From positions 69,316,001 through 69,380,000 of the forward strand of contig NC_043001.1 in the NCBI RefSeq assembly GCF_006345805.1: DNA of 64,000 nucleotides, read 5' to 3'. Positions 39,056 to 53,543 of the stretch are shown here, piece after piece. A program made the translations under genes and the position numbers. Below the pieces are notes generated by a model. It did no database searches, had not been told where the DNA came from, and saw nothing but the letters and a program-made list of their open reading frames with translations. Position 1 is the first letter of the stretch. Each line of letters opens with the position of its first letter. Source of the stretch: Octopus sinensis. Its lineage: Eukaryota.

Positions 39056-39929
39056 TGTCCTGTACTCATATATGCATGTATATATACATATAGATGTAAG
39101 TATGTACATATATGTATGTATATATGCATATGTTTTATTTATTATATTGTTATTATATGACCTAAATCACGCGTTGTTTTCTTTTCTCCAAGTAAGTTTT
39201 TATTTGAATAATCATGACGCGCACTCTTACTCTTTACTTCACCTTTCCTCCCTGCCTGTCAGTCTTCCTCTCTACCTGTCTCTCTCTTTCTTATTTTTCA
39301 CCCTTTCTGGTTTCTTTCCCCCCTCTCTCTCTCTCTCCTCCTCTCTCTGGCCGTTGACCGGAGTGCTACTAAAACTCTCTTTCTGCACGTGCTTTCAACA
39401 AGCCAACATCGACTTCTCTGTCTTTCGCAAGCCGATTTTTCACATGCGTTCTAACTAATTTTTCCACCGTCTACGCTTAAAAAAAGCTCTTATTGTTGGT
39501 TCCCTTGTCCTGTTATTCTTTATTTGTACTGTATTTCAACTGTTTTTCTTAATTTGTATTGCTTTTTCGTCCTGTTTTTGTCACTTGTTTTACTCTTCTG
39601 CAAAAGAATTTTATTTAATTCCTTTTGCAGGACGGACTTCTTCGGCCGGGTCGTGTTCTGCCCTTAACTTCGAAATACGCATTTAGTCGAACCAGGGGCA
39701 GCTGATGAAGGGGAATTTTCCTTGTATTGTTTGTCCTGTACTCTGTTTTTTTCGTTGTTAACAAAGTGCGTTTCCTTGTTTGATTTTCTGGCTTCGTTTC
39801 TCCTTGTGTTCTACGGTTTATTTGTGGTGTCCTGTACTCATATATGTATGTATATATACATATAGATGTAAGTATGTACATATATGTATGTATATATGCA
39901 TATGTCTTATTTATTATATTGTTATTATA
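39056..39929 (+). mobile_element. Probable internally deleted Poseidon-like PLE remnant bounded by ~100-bp direct repeats
   Basis: Direct repeats 39056-39157 and 39828-39929 (period 772). Remnant KTLFLHVL/ANIDFSVFRKP (cf. FLDVL..FSVYRKP) near 39370-39440. CTGATGA core half at ~39701. Confidence 0.4.
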
Positions 39930-39943
39930 TATATTCTCTTTTT

Positions 39944-40358
39944 TACTCTTTTACTCTTTTACTTGTTTCAGTCACTTAACTGCGGCCATGCTGGAGCACC
40001 GCCTTTAGTCGAGCAAATCGACCCCGGGACTTATTCTTTGTAAGGCCAGTACTTATTCTATCTGACTCTTTTGCCGAACCGCTAGTGACGGGGACGTAAA
40101 CACACCAGCACCGGTTGTCAAGCAATGCTAGGGGGACAAACACAGACACACAAACACACACATATATACATATATATATATATATACATATATACGACAG
40201 GCTTCTTTCAGTTTCCGTCTACCAAATCCACTCACAAGGCATTGGTCGGCCCGGGGCTATAGCATAAGACACTTACCCAAGATGCCACGCAGTGGGACTG
40301 AACCCGGAACCACGTGGTTGGTTAGCAAGCTACTTACCACACAGCCACTCCTGCGCCT
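39944..40358 (-). mobile_element. tRNA-derived SINE family A, full length
   Basis: AGGCGCAGGAGTGGCTGTGTGGTAAG head through (AAAAGAGT)n tail. Further copies at 55982-56381, 58781-58938, 16372-16520 and 17685-17805. Confidence 0.85.
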
Positions 40359-41091
40359 ATATATATATATATATATATATACATACATAAAAACATACAT
40401 ACATAGATGCATACATACATACATACACACACATACATACATACATACATACATACATACATACATACATACATACATACATACATACATACATACAAAC
40501 ATACATACATACATACATACATACAAACATGAAGCGACATGTCGCGTATTTGACGTGGGAGATTATTTATCGAAAATACGATGAATACTAGCTCCAACTT
40601 TGGAACCACAACTATCAGCCTTGTTAAATAACTGGTTAGTCTTCAGATGAATTAACTGAGAGACTTCTTTTCACGATCGTTGTGATTTTTGACTGAAACT
40701 TAAATTTAGTATGCAGAGATTTACAACAAATAACATGGCTAGGCACAACATCAACAGCACAATCGAGGAACAGAAGGAAAACAACAGCTAAGCAGGTAAA
40801 AATATTCTTTCTAGTTGTAATTATAGAAGTGACTGTAGCTACAAAACTCATTCCTCTTGGAGTTATGAATTGAATAATAATCTATTTAACTTCTACGAAA
40901 AAGCGAAACAAAACTCTGCTGTTGCCTATATGAATCCAGAATTAAATCGTTTTCATGCGAAGCAACTACACTAGAAAGCAACATTTATAGAACATAAGAA
41001 GAAGGCAAGTAACTGTAACATTATTTTTAAAAAAATCGAAAATTAACCTTCTTCCCAACTCTATAAACAACACGAAAACGTGAGTGATATA

Positions 41092-42383
41092 CGAGGGGCG
41101 TTCAATAAGTAATGCCCCTGATCCACTTGAAGTTGTTCGATCTAGCTGCAATTTTGCATGTGCAATTACTTATATCTCTATAGATGACGCGGCAAATTAC
41201 AGCTCTAAACTAATTGTGGTTTCTGATTTACAGGTGTTTGAACTGAGTCAAGTGTGAAATGGAGTCTGTTAAATGTCGAGCAGTGATCCGGTTTTCGTAT
41301 TTGAAAGGACGCACACCACGAGAGACTTTTGATGAAATGAAAGTAACTTATTGTGATAATGCCCCATCATATGACCTTGTAAAACGCTGGCATCGTGAAT
41401 TCAAGCATGGTCGGAACTCTGTGGAAACAGCTCCCAGATCTGGTCACCCCCCTTCTGCCATTGATGAGGTATCTGTCCGTCAAGTTAAGGCTGCCATTTT
41501 GGAAGATCGACGCATAACTATTCGCGAAATAGCCCATGAGGTCAAGATTAGTACCGGGTCTGTGGAAACTATCATTCATGACCATTTGCATATGCAAAAG
41601 GTGTCTGTCAGATGGATTCCCAGGTTGCTCACATCTTTCCGGAAGCAAGAACGCGTCGATTGCTCGAGGATGAATTTGGAGATGTGCCAAGAAGATGAGT
41701 CAAACTTTTTCAAAAGACTGATTCCACAGGATGAAACCTGGATCCATCACTATGATCCAGAGACCAAAGCCCAGTCAATGCAGTGGAAGCACCGTGACTC
41801 CCCTCCTCCAAAGAAGGCAAGGGTGCAGCCCTCCGCTGGCAAGGTCATGCTCACAGTCTTCTGGGACTAGGGCGGAGTAGTGATGACAGATTTCCTGGCA
41901 AATGGTGCCACAATTACAGGAGCCTATTATGCTTCACTTTTGAGGAAATTAAGAGAAGCTATCAAAATCAAGAGGCGGGGCAAGATCAGCAAAGGCATCC
42001 TCCTCCTGCAGGACAACGCTCTGGTCCACAACTCGCGTGTCGCCAGATCAGAAGCACAGGCGTGCGGCTATGAACTCCTCTCCCATCCCCCTACTCTTCT
42101 GACCTTGCACCTTCTGATTTTCCCCTCTTCCCAGCCATGAAGTTATTTTTGAAAGGAAAGCGTTTCCCAGATGATGCAGCCTTGATTTCTGAAGTCACGT
42201 CGTAGCTGGAGGACCAAGCTGGTGTCTTCTACAGAAACGGTCTTCAGAGCTGCATCAAACGATGAGAGAAATGCGTAACTCTGGGTGCTTCCTATGTAGA
42301 AAGAGACTAATAACTCTGCCAAGTTTCGTTGCTCTACCGCTATGGGAAGTGGGTCAGGGGCATTACTTATTGAACGCCCCTCG
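41092..42383 (+). mobile_element. Full-length (1292 bp) mariner transposon, inactivated
   Basis: Perfect 30-bp TIRs CGAGGGGCGTTCAATAAGTAATGCCCCTGA; TA TSD at 41090-41091 and 42384-42385. Confidence 0.95.
41259..42310 (+). pseudogene. Mariner DD34D transposase pseudogene
   Basis: PRSGHP, WIPRLL, QDETW, VFWD, QDNA, YSSDLAPSDF motifs. Stop at 41868-41870, a frameshift near 42090 and two later TAG/TGA stops. Confidence 0.93.
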
Positions 42384-42879
42384 TAAGATCACCACGTGCT
42401 TTCGCAGCTAGCGACATTCCAATATAGTGCCTGCCACCCAAACTACAGCCGCAACGATTATTGTTGTAGTAGTAGTAGTAGTAGTAGTAGTAGGAATGCT
42501 AGTCAGGATTATATGCCGGTGAAATATGCCCTTACTGAAATTCTACGGGAAAACATTACTTTGGCTTTGAAGTACTCTCTCGAGGAGAGAGCATTCTCTA
42601 CCGAAGTAAGTAAAAATCCCACCAGATATGGTATTAAAAGCTGTTAACGAAATTGGTGGTGACTATTTACAGCAATATGATGAACCCATATACTGGTAGA
42701 TTAAAGGCTGTCTATATGCCTTGGGTACTACTGTAAAACAGTACATGAATGATATTCAAAAAGTAAACAAACCGAAATAATAAAGAAAATGCCTTCATGG
42801 GTTTTGAAGATAGAGATACATATAACTGGTTTCCGGAAGATCATCAGACTTCTGTAAAGCAGTTATCTTAACAAGCAAA

Positions 42880-45800
42880 TCACTATACGTCTCACCAAGA
42901 GAAAGTAAAGGAGACAGAAATGATGTTTGGAGACAACAACAAGTGGACACTCACTTGCAAACTGATAATTCTCAAGCAGGAGCTAGAATCTGTCAATGAA
43001 AAGCTCCGACATAAGAAGAGAATAGCTGAGAAAAGAACAATAATCAAAACATTTAACCGCAACAAGGCATCAGTATTCAGAGACATGAGAGGAGGCGCAG
43101 TAAATATCATGGAAGCTCCTTCACGAGAAGACATAAACTCTTTCCTGAAGAAAGTGTGGAGTGAAGAGAATGAATTTAACCAAGATTCTCTGTGGCTGGA
43201 AGCAATCCGAAAAAGCTATTGCTCCTGCGTTACATCCAAGACACAATATTAAGGGTGAATCTCTTGAAACTGTTATCAAGCTGACAGAGACTTGATTGTT
43301 GGATATTGGTACAAGAAGCTAACCATCTACCGACCTTATCTTATCAATCTGTACCAGAAGGCTTTCATTGGGAACAGTAGCAAAACACACTGGTTAAATC
43401 TGGCAGAGACAAAATTGAATCCTAAATACCCACATGACAAAAACTACCGGCCAATTGGATGCCGGAACTTAATGTATAAGATATATACAGCATGTTTAAA
43501 CCTCTTCCTCCAGAACAATTGTGAAACCAATAGCATCATCACTGCAGAACAACCAGCTGGGAAGAGGATGTGCCGAGAAATTGTTAATCAACAAAACTGT
43601 AATGTCAGAGGTGCAAGAGCATAGGAGGAACCTATATTCAATGTGGCTAGACTACAAGAAAGCCGTTGAATCTGTTCCTTACTGATAGATGCTAGAATCC
43701 CTTCAACTTGCTAAAGTTCCAGTGAATTGACTGCTTCCCCTGTATCTGACGAGGAATGTTACAGGTGTCTAGGGTTGGATGAAAATATATCTTACATCTG
43801 TAACAAACACGTGTCACAAAAAATTATTATAGCCGAATAAAGAAAATTTGAACCTCGGAACTCTCTTCATTCAATAAAACAGTGGCTCACAATGCGTTTG
43901 CAGCGCCAGTACTCATACCAACGATTGGGCTGCTTGATCGGACGCTAAATGAGATCCGAGCCATTGATGTGAAAACCAGAAAAATACTAACAAGCACACT
44001 TTATGTCCACATAAGTAGTAACGTAGACCGCCTTTACCTAAAACGAAAACAAGGTGGCAGAGGCTTAACATCAATCCAAAATGTCTTTGAATGTCGCATC
44101 ATATCCCTTCGGCAACATCTTTTAACCAGCAAGTGTCGAAGGGCATCCCGTGACCAAGTTTGCATACATAAGGCTGGTAACACAATAAGACTTGGAAGCA
44201 GCTCCTTGACACACTCTTTGTCTCATAACAAGTAGTAACGTAACGCCTTTACATAAAACGAAAACAAGGTGGCAGAGGCTTAACATCAATCCAAAATGTC
44301 TTTGAATGTCGCATCATATCCCTTCGGCAACATCTTTTAACGCAAGTGCGAAGGGCATCCCGTGACCAAGTTTGCATACATAGGCTGGTAACACATAAAC
44401 TTGGAAGGCAGCTCCTTGACACCTCTTTGTTAACATATCATCAAATGAAAGGATGAGCATATATGAGCAGAAGACTATGCATAGGTATATTAGTAGAAAG
44501 CTCTGGATGATTGCAACATCAAAGCAGTTTATCATTTTCGGATAGCTGGATTACTATCTCTCACTTTGAATGGTATGCACAAAAGGAATAGAGATGCAGG
44601 AAAAGCCGAAAATTGTACAACCGATGCAGACTTTGTGGAGTTCACACTGAAGATATCATCCACATCATAAGCAATTGTTAGAAAATGTTATCACGTCTAT
44701 CTACCGATGAAACTTGACGTTGTAGCTAAGACACTCTATAATTATATCCGTCGGAAGGATAATCCCGAGGACAAGGAAATAAAAACCCTTAATATAGTAG
44801 AAGACATAGCTACACATAATAAAAAGGAATACTGGTGGGATGTACCAGTGAAGACCTCAATAAGATGTAAGCACAACAGACCTGATATAATGATTTGGGA
44901 TATAGAGAAGAGAAACTGAAAAGTTGTGGAAATGAAGGAGGTAAAGCCTGAAATCAGTGTAGACGGCCTTCGAATGCCGTATGGTATCACTCAGGCAGCT
45001 TCTGCTGAACAATAGCAGCAAAAAATATATATAAACGCAGTACTGAAAAGTGAGGAACATTGAACGAGTTGGCAGTGAGTTCCCCAAGAAGCACTCTCTT
45101 CCTGTTGATCTACACAGCCCCCAAACAGCTTGGCTCTCTTACTTCAGAGAAGATTTGGATGGGAAGCACTCAGCATACAAAAAAAAAAACCATGCATGGG
45201 TAAGTTGCCTGGAAGCTTGAAGAAGACAGTAGAATTCACACGAAGCGCAGCCTCACTTGAATACAAGGCCACGACATCACATTGCACCTTGAATGCCCTT
45301 CGTTTGACCCACGTGTAGTCTGTCCCTCATGTTTCTGTGGAAGACATCACGCATGTTATTAGCAGCTGTCCTAAAATGTCGTCATCGTACTACCTCCTTA
45401 TGCGGCAGGATGTTGTCGCCAAAACAATTTACAATGCCATCCACAAGAATGACTGTCCTGAAATTAACTTAGAAAATCAATTAGTTATGGAATACATTCA
45501 TAAACACCAACTCAAGGAATAATGGTGGAATATTCCCATTAAAACATCTGTCAAATGTAAACATAAGAGGCGCAATATTAGGGGCAAAGGTATGTACCGT
45601 CATATGGGTCAGCTGTCCTGCAGATATAAGTATCTCCTTGAAAATCAAAGAAAAAAAGGATAACTATGGACAACTGCTTTGAAACCTCCAAATTCTATAT
45701 CTAGACTATTAATTGATATTCATACCATTAATAATCGGAGCACTAGGTTTTGTTAATAAATGCTTAAATGAAAATCTGGATAAACTGGGATTTTCAGAGA

Positions 45801-46910
45801 GAGAAATCGAACGGCTAATTCGTACATTACAAGTGCAATCTATGAGTGGAGCAGTAAAACTATGCAAGATCTTTCTCAAGTTCCAAAAGTGAGATTGTCT
45901 ATGTTAATTACATCCCAAAGAAGAAGCATTGTAACTTTGTTGGAAACCGGCTACCTCCTCAGTGGAGTCGCTAAAAAATATTACACCCGAGTACAGAAAA
46001 TTTGGACCTCGGAACTCTCTGTATTCAGTAAAACAGTGACCCACAATGTGTTTTCAGAGCCAGTACTCATACTAACATTTAGGCTGCTTGAGTGGGCGTT
46101 TGATGAGATATGAGCCATTGATGTGAAAACTTGGAAAATACTAACAAAAACACATAATTTCCACATCAACAGTGATGCCGACCTCCTCTACATAAAACGA
46201 AAGCAAGGAGGCAGGAGCTTCACATCGATCCAAAATGCCTTTTGAATGCCGTATCATATCCTTTTGGCAATATCTTTTAACTACTAGGTGTGTAAATTCG
46301 TTACTTGGGCAAATTTACGTTCATGATTACATGTTATCAGCTGATAACATCATAAGAATTGAATGGCAGCTCCTTGATCAGCATTCCTTATCTGATAACA
46401 TTAAATACATGCCCAAAGAAGTCACAACATATCAGAAGAAAGGATGAGCGTATATGAGCAGAGGATCATACACGGACATGTTAATAGAAAGCTCCGAGAT
46501 GATGGTAGCATTGGTCATAAAACAGCCTGTCATGCATCAACAACTGGATTACTACCTCCCACTTTGAAGGGTATGCGTTCGCAATCCAGGAAGGGCAATA
46601 TCAACCAAATAGCTGATGCACGAAAGGGGACGGAGATGCATGAAATGCAGTAAAACATTGTATAACATTGGGACACTGTATAACGAGATCCGCCGAAAGA
46701 ATTACACTGGGCACAAAACAATAAGAGTAGGATGGAAGCCGTAGCCACTCATAATAAAAATGAGTACTTATGTGAATAGATGCACACACTTCGGTATATG
46801 CATCGACAGTTCTAACAATACACCGACTCAAACACATATTTAGAAACACCGGGGAACTTTCTTGACTGAAAAAATCTTGTCACTTGAATTCCCTCAAGAA
46901 GAACTTAACT
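42880..46910 (+). pseudogene. Cluster of decayed R4/Dong-like non-LTR fragments from several copies
   Basis: NYRPIGCRNLMYKIYT; DVKTRKILT..VDRLYLKRKQGGRGL; WWDVPVKTSIRCKHNRPDI; EDITHVISSC; PLIIGALG. The RT-thumb segment recurs at ~45960-46330. Confidence 0.8.
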
Positions 46911-48979
46911 AAAACTCAAAGAAAAAATACATACATACATACATAGATACATACATACATACATACATACATACATACACACATACGTACTTACATACAT
47001 ACATACATGTATACATACATTCATTCAAATTTACATTCATACTAATAATAATTAGTGCACTTCGATTTGTGACTAAATGCTTAAGGACTGTCTGGATAAG
47101 CTTGGGTTCTCAGTGAAAGAAATCAACTAGCTAACTCGCACATTACAAATACAATCTTTCAGTAGAACAGTAGAATTATGCAGGAATTTTCTCCAAGTTC
47201 AAACAGCTTTGTTTCTGTGTTAGAAACCACCACATTACTCAGAGAAAGAATTTAGATAAGTAAACACAGATGAGACTATACATACATACAAACATACACA
47301 GGCACGCACACACTCATATGTGACATTATGTATATAACTTAACCAGACAGCTTGTTAGTCTGCGTCTCCTGTCTGTCTGACACTCTGACTGTCTATGAGG
47401 CAGAGACTGGAGTTCGATTAACTTTTACTATGTTTATCAATGTGTGTATGTGCTTATGTGTGTATCTGTGTCTCTGTGTATATGTGAGTGTATACTTATG
47501 TACAATAGTGATTTATATATTCAATGATGTACAACACCGATCTATATATGAAAAAGACGTTTAACAGGTTGGACTTTAACTAGTAGCTACATCAGAAAGT
47601 AACATAAGTAGGTTTAATTGTAAATTATACGGTGAAGTTGTATTGAAAAGTAGCTCAAGCTCTGCTAATAACAAGGGAATGGAATATCAACATAATTTGA
47701 ACAACTGTGATAGGAACAATACAACTACGAAGAGACTGAGCTATCTGAAGTAAACTGTTTTAACATCAGAAAAATTAAGTACGCGTGTCTTGAGAAGTGT
47801 GTATGGGGAAAATATCGCTAGAACCATCACTGTCAGTCCATTTGAAAGCACAATAATAACTTGACGTTGTTTTGTACAAAATACAGCATCTCTTAATCCT
47901 CATCCATGATACACGACCAATCACTTGAAGCATAGAAACAAACCTGTTCACTCGGCACAAGACCTAACCGTGCCTGAAACACCAGTAAACTCACTTCCCA
48001 AATTACACAAATTTAAACTACGTTTTTTTTTTTATAAATGATTAATGGCAGTAAGGCGATTACTTACATAATTGACAAAATATCGGACAAAGTATTTTGC
48101 AGCAGTTTTTTCCGGTTCTTTATATTCTGACTTCAAATTTAGTCGAGGTGAACCTTCCCTTCCACTCTTTCGGAGTGGATAATATAAGTACCAGTTCTAC
48201 AATTATTCGCGTCATGTCAAACAGTTCAAATTAGCAAGTGAGACAAAATGTTTAGTGGCATTTTTTCCGGCTTGGTGTTCTGTATTGAAATTCTGTCGAG
48301 GTTGATTTTACTTTTCGCCCATCCGGGTGGATAAAATACGTATTAGTTATGCACTGCGGTTGATGTAATCGACTAGCTCTCTCACACCAAATTTCAGGCC
48401 TTGTACAAAGACTTATTAAAGGCGCAGAGCTGAAAGAGTTAGCACGCTGGACAAAATGCTTAGCGGCATTTCTTTTATCTCTTAATGTTCTGAGTTCAAA
48501 TTCCGCCGAAGTCTATTAGCATTTCATCCTTTCGGTGCCCATAAAATTTATACTAGTTGAGTACGAAGGTCAATATAATCAACTACACCCGCTTAAAATT
48601 CCTGCACCTGTGCTAAAATTTGAAACCGTTATAATTAGTTGCAGTTTTGAAAGATTAATTATGATTAATTTTCTGCATATAAACATTACTCAAGATATTA
48701 TCGACTGTGTTTCGTCACTTTTATTCTTTATTTCCCAGACTTCTAGTTATATATGTGTATTTGTGTGGAAACGTTTGTGTACATTTTCTGAAGCTTAATT
48801 TATATTTTGAGTATGTTTGAAATTCAGAAGTTAATTAAAATATTCGCTTTTAATGAAGATAGAAAATCACACTACAATAAGAATGAAAGCTATAGCGAGA
48901 ATAATGAATTAAACAATGTAATAATAATAATAATGATAACAACAACAACAACGACAATAATAATAATAATAACAACAAC

Positions 48980-49043
<64 letters not shown>

Positions 49044-50456
49044 GTATTGAAGGAATAATAGAAGTAAACATAAAGAAATCAAATAGAAATAAACAAGAAT
49101 ATTTTTTTAAAAATTTAAAAGAGCAAATAAATTCATTGTTTAAACTACAAAGAAGAAATCGAAATGAAGTAAGAGTGAAAGTAATCAAGACACAAACCAG
49201 AAGATAGAAAGCCACAAACAATCTAATGACAAGTACAGAGACTTGAGAAATAAATTGGAAACTTATTTATTGCAATCTAATGAAGTAGATTTTACTATGA
49301 GACAACTACTGTAATAAATAAATAAAATAGTATAATTCATGCGAGGATAGCATTTTCATTGAAATTTGTCTCTCTAACGAAATAAACCTAAGACTACAGA
49401 AAGCTGTAAGATATAATGCAAAGAGTGAACACATCAGGATGACAAGAGGTGTCTAAGCAGTCAATTGTACCCTCTATTTTTCTTAATAAACTTCATTTCA
49501 AGAATCCTTCTGAAATATTTGGAAAATGCTTAGATACCAAAATATATTATATTTCATCTTTCGTCTTTTGTATACCTCAGTCATTGGACTGCAGCAATAC
49601 TCTAGCGCAGTGTCGAAGGGCATTACTCCAACAAAGCACCACATGTTCTAATTTTCGAAGTCTGCTGATATCCTATCGGTCTTTTTTGGCTGAAACGTTA
49701 AGTTTGTGGGATGTAAACAGACCCATACCAGTTTCAAAGCAGTAGCGTGGGGTGAGAGACACAAAGATACACTCGTAGATACAAATATATACGATTGGCT
49801 TACTCATAATTTTCCTGTACCAATGTCACACAAAATACTCTACTTGTTCCGGGGCTATTCGAGAAGGCTCCTGTTTAAGCTGTCGCGCAGTAGGGGTGGG
49901 AGTGGGATGTGGTTGCTTGAAGGTACTAACCCAAATTATTACTTAAATGCACCAATGAAAGTCCTTGTTTTAAGGCACCTCGCCAAACTGTGGCTCCTAG
50001 TCACCTTCTGAAACCTTTCTTTTCTTTCAGTTTTATTCTTTACATTTATGTAAAGAATAAAACTAGAAGAAACATTTGGTATTTCAGGCACGGCTATGTT
50101 TTTCTTCAGGTCGAGTAGCCCACACTGCTCAAAAGGTCCTTAAATAAGGGTTGTTTAGGGATGTTAAACGAAACGCCCATGTTTCCAGAGGTGAATTATC
50201 CAAACCTTAAATATTTCCTCCCCACACACGGCTATAGTGCTCCCCGCTACTTCTGCTCGTGATCAGAGATGCACATATCCTCAGCCACTAAGGGATATGC
50301 TCAGCTAGTTAAGGTCAAACAATTGGCAAGCAAATTTGTGATATTGAGCAGAATATTTGCCGTAGCCCATCTTTTATATCAAAACATAACAAAGTGCATG
50401 ACAACACTTCCAATCAGTTAAGATGTGAAGCCATGAAAGCCAGGGCATTATCAATG

Positions 50457-50536
<80 letters not shown>

Positions 50537-50762
50537 GTTATTATTATTATTGTTGTTGTTGTTGTTAACGCAGCCTGCTGTCAGAATCATTAGTACGACG
50601 GACTAAGTGTTTAGCTGTATTTCGTCCGTCTTTTTGTACCAAGCCCAAATCCCATCGAGGTCGAATTTATGTTTTATCGTTTCGAGGTCAATATAATAAG
50701 TACCAGTTGAGCACTCCTCCCGAAATTTCTGGCCTTGTGCGAAAATCTGAAACCATTAAGAA

Positions 50763-50793
<31 letters not shown>

Positions 50794-50859
50794 GACGTCT
50801 CATAGTATGCAATATCATCAGGTTGTTGATTGAAGAAATTATGTCTAATTTAGGTGTGT

Positions 50860-51030
50860 ACTCTTTGTCAAGTCACCGTGCAGTTCTAAGTAATGCCGAC
50901 TTTTGCAATACATCAAAAGTGTAGGGTAACTTTAAGGTTTTCAGATGTTTTTTTTCAAAATGGGTGGTATTGAACCCAATGCTCCGATGACAATAGGGAT
51001 AACGCCTATGTTCGATTCTCGTACCTTCCA
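50860..51030 (-). pseudogene. R4/Dong-like C-terminal fragment
   Basis: Minus strand HLKTLKLPYTFDVLQKSALLRTAR*. Confidence 0.6.
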
Positions 51031-51040
51031 CATCATGGCG

Positions 51041-51108
<68 letters not shown>

Positions 51109-53509
51109 GATCATTATTGAGTGAGAGGGCAGTGCATGCCTTCAAATTGACACTGGGGTACAAACATATGAAGCCCACTATACCCATTATGACAACCCAT
51201 CTGATAAGAGTACACCACGCACATGCATCATAACCTTATGTGCTCGACATGGTAGTTTATCCGGAAAATACTCTTAGCAATATTTCATCCGTCTTCACGT
51301 TCTGAGTTCAAATTTCACCGAGGTAAACTTTGCCTTTCATTCTTTCGGTGTCAATGAGGTAAATATTAGTCAAGTACTGGTGTCGATGTAATCGACTGGT
51401 CCACCCTCCAATTTCATTCCATGGGCCTATATTAGAAAGGATTATTAATATTAGTGTTGTTATTATATTTTAAAGTCCTACCAGAAATCAAGTTTGCATA
51501 TGGGAGGCCGATAACATAATGAAATATGGAAATGAGTGTGTCCAGAGGCGTTCCCTGGTGGAAAACACAGAGAAGTCGCAATATTCTACTGCAACACGTT
51601 TAGAAGAGATGCTGAATCTATACTAGTATAATGTTATGTACGGATCTTTTCTCAGAGAACTTTAAAGCAACAGCAACGCTAACAAACAGATTAGACTATC
51701 CTCGACTAACAACTGAGATATTATGCCTCCCTTTGAAGTATAAGTTTTTGCAGTACAAGGGAAGTACATATTTACAAAAACTTGATGTACGAAGAAAGGA
51801 CTGCAATGTAGGTACACTAGTGTCTCCATCAGATGCAGGTTGTAAAACCAGCATTAAAATTGCCGCCTATATCGCAAAACCTGCACAAAATGTCATAATA
51901 TGATCTATGAAACATGATGTCAATGTTATATCATTAAGTAATAAAATCCGTAGAAAGGATTATCCTGAAGAGACAAATGTAAGAAACTAGAGTAACGTGA
52001 ATGGCAAAACCGCATATAATCCGAAAAAAATTAGTGGGATATACTTGTCAAGGCGTTTTGGAATTGGCATTAAAATGCCGTCATTCACTTTTTTCCGTTC
52101 TGACTGTCTACAGTGTGATTGTATAATAAGGACGATAGGCTTTCATGACTGTTTCATATGTCTAGTAAATTTAAGCGATTTATGAACCCATTAACGGCTG
52201 AGGATCAATTGATGTACTGCATAGCAAAGCTTAGTACGGAAAGTCATATATAAAATGTCTGTAAAAATCTGTAAACACCGAGAACAGGAAAACGATGAAG
52301 ATCAAAAGAAATATGCATTAAATATAAGGCTCGATGACAAAATGTGTCTATATATGAAGGTGAATGTTAGAACAAAGATATAAATTTGTAAGATTGGTTC
52401 TCCTGTCTCTCAATGTCTAATGTGTCTAGTTAGTCCACTCTATAAATTATCTTGTAAACTGGAACTGTAAGATTCACCAATATTTTTCAATACTTCTACT
52501 TCTCACGTATCAATAAAGCTAACCAAATATTGACAGACTCATGACAACAAATGGCTAAGCAATGAATAGTTAAATATTCTACCACACCGAAAATGAGTGA
52601 ACTCCGTTGATCTGTTGCTTTAGACTTGTAACGAACATCTAAACTTTTTGATAAATGGCAGGTGTAAATATAATTTTCATGATTACCCAACCAATATTCG
52701 ACGTATAAAAGCACATTTGTAGACGTTTAATCAATATATATCACCTAATATATAATCTACGTGACTGGCAAAGTCGCTGCCCCGAATTTTACCAATTGGT
52801 TGCAAAATATTTCTTAGAAATATTTTACAAACCAAAATATGAATACATGTACAAAGTGGACATGCATGTTTTGTCTGCAGAAAACATTTCTGGTTTCTAC
52901 TTAACAAAGTCCTAACAGATCTGTCAATAATTCTCGGAGGAACGACTTGCTGGTAATAATAATTTACTTTTAGTTGTAGTTCATGCTGTGCGAAGTAATA
53001 TCTATATATGTGTGAGCGTGTGCGTATGAGAGTGTATGTGCGTTGCATCTTAGAGAGATCGTTTTGCTTAATTAATCTCGTTTTTATATTATTAGTATTA
53101 GCCAGTAAGTTACATAACTAATCAACTAATCGATTATTTGACAAAGGGATTGATCAAACACTCCGCTTGTCAGCGCCGTTTAGTCGCAATCCCTTTATTA
53201 ACATGCCCACGTCCACTCAAATTTGACATGCTAATTTTCTTGTGATACATAAAAGGTCATATCTATTCAGCTAAATAGATGTTTTTACAACGCTTGAGTC
53301 TTAGGATATACAACGTTTCAGGGTATAAAAAATAAATTGAATGCATAGTTTACATTTAGGGACTCAGAATCATATCATCTCTCTCTCTTTATTGGTCTCT
53401 CTCTCTCTCTCTTCGTCTCTCTTTCTTTATCTCTCTCTAACTCTCTCTCTTCCTTTCTCTCTCTCTCTTCCTTTCTCTCTCTCTCTTCCTTTCTCTCTCT
53501 CTCTTCCTT

Positions 53510-53543
<34 letters not shown>

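Larger units (their letters stand above)
38127..40705 (+). repeat. Two copies of a ~180-bp dispersed repeat (38127-38305 and 40528-40705), each following (CATA)n
   Basis: Shared CATGAAGCGACATGTC..GGAACCACAACTATCAGCCTTGTTAAAT..CACGATCGT. Confidence 0.8.

Noticed and set aside
40310-40358. tRNA-like sequences at SINE heads
   Set aside because: A and B boxes only, with no complete cloverleaf; they continue into the SINE body.
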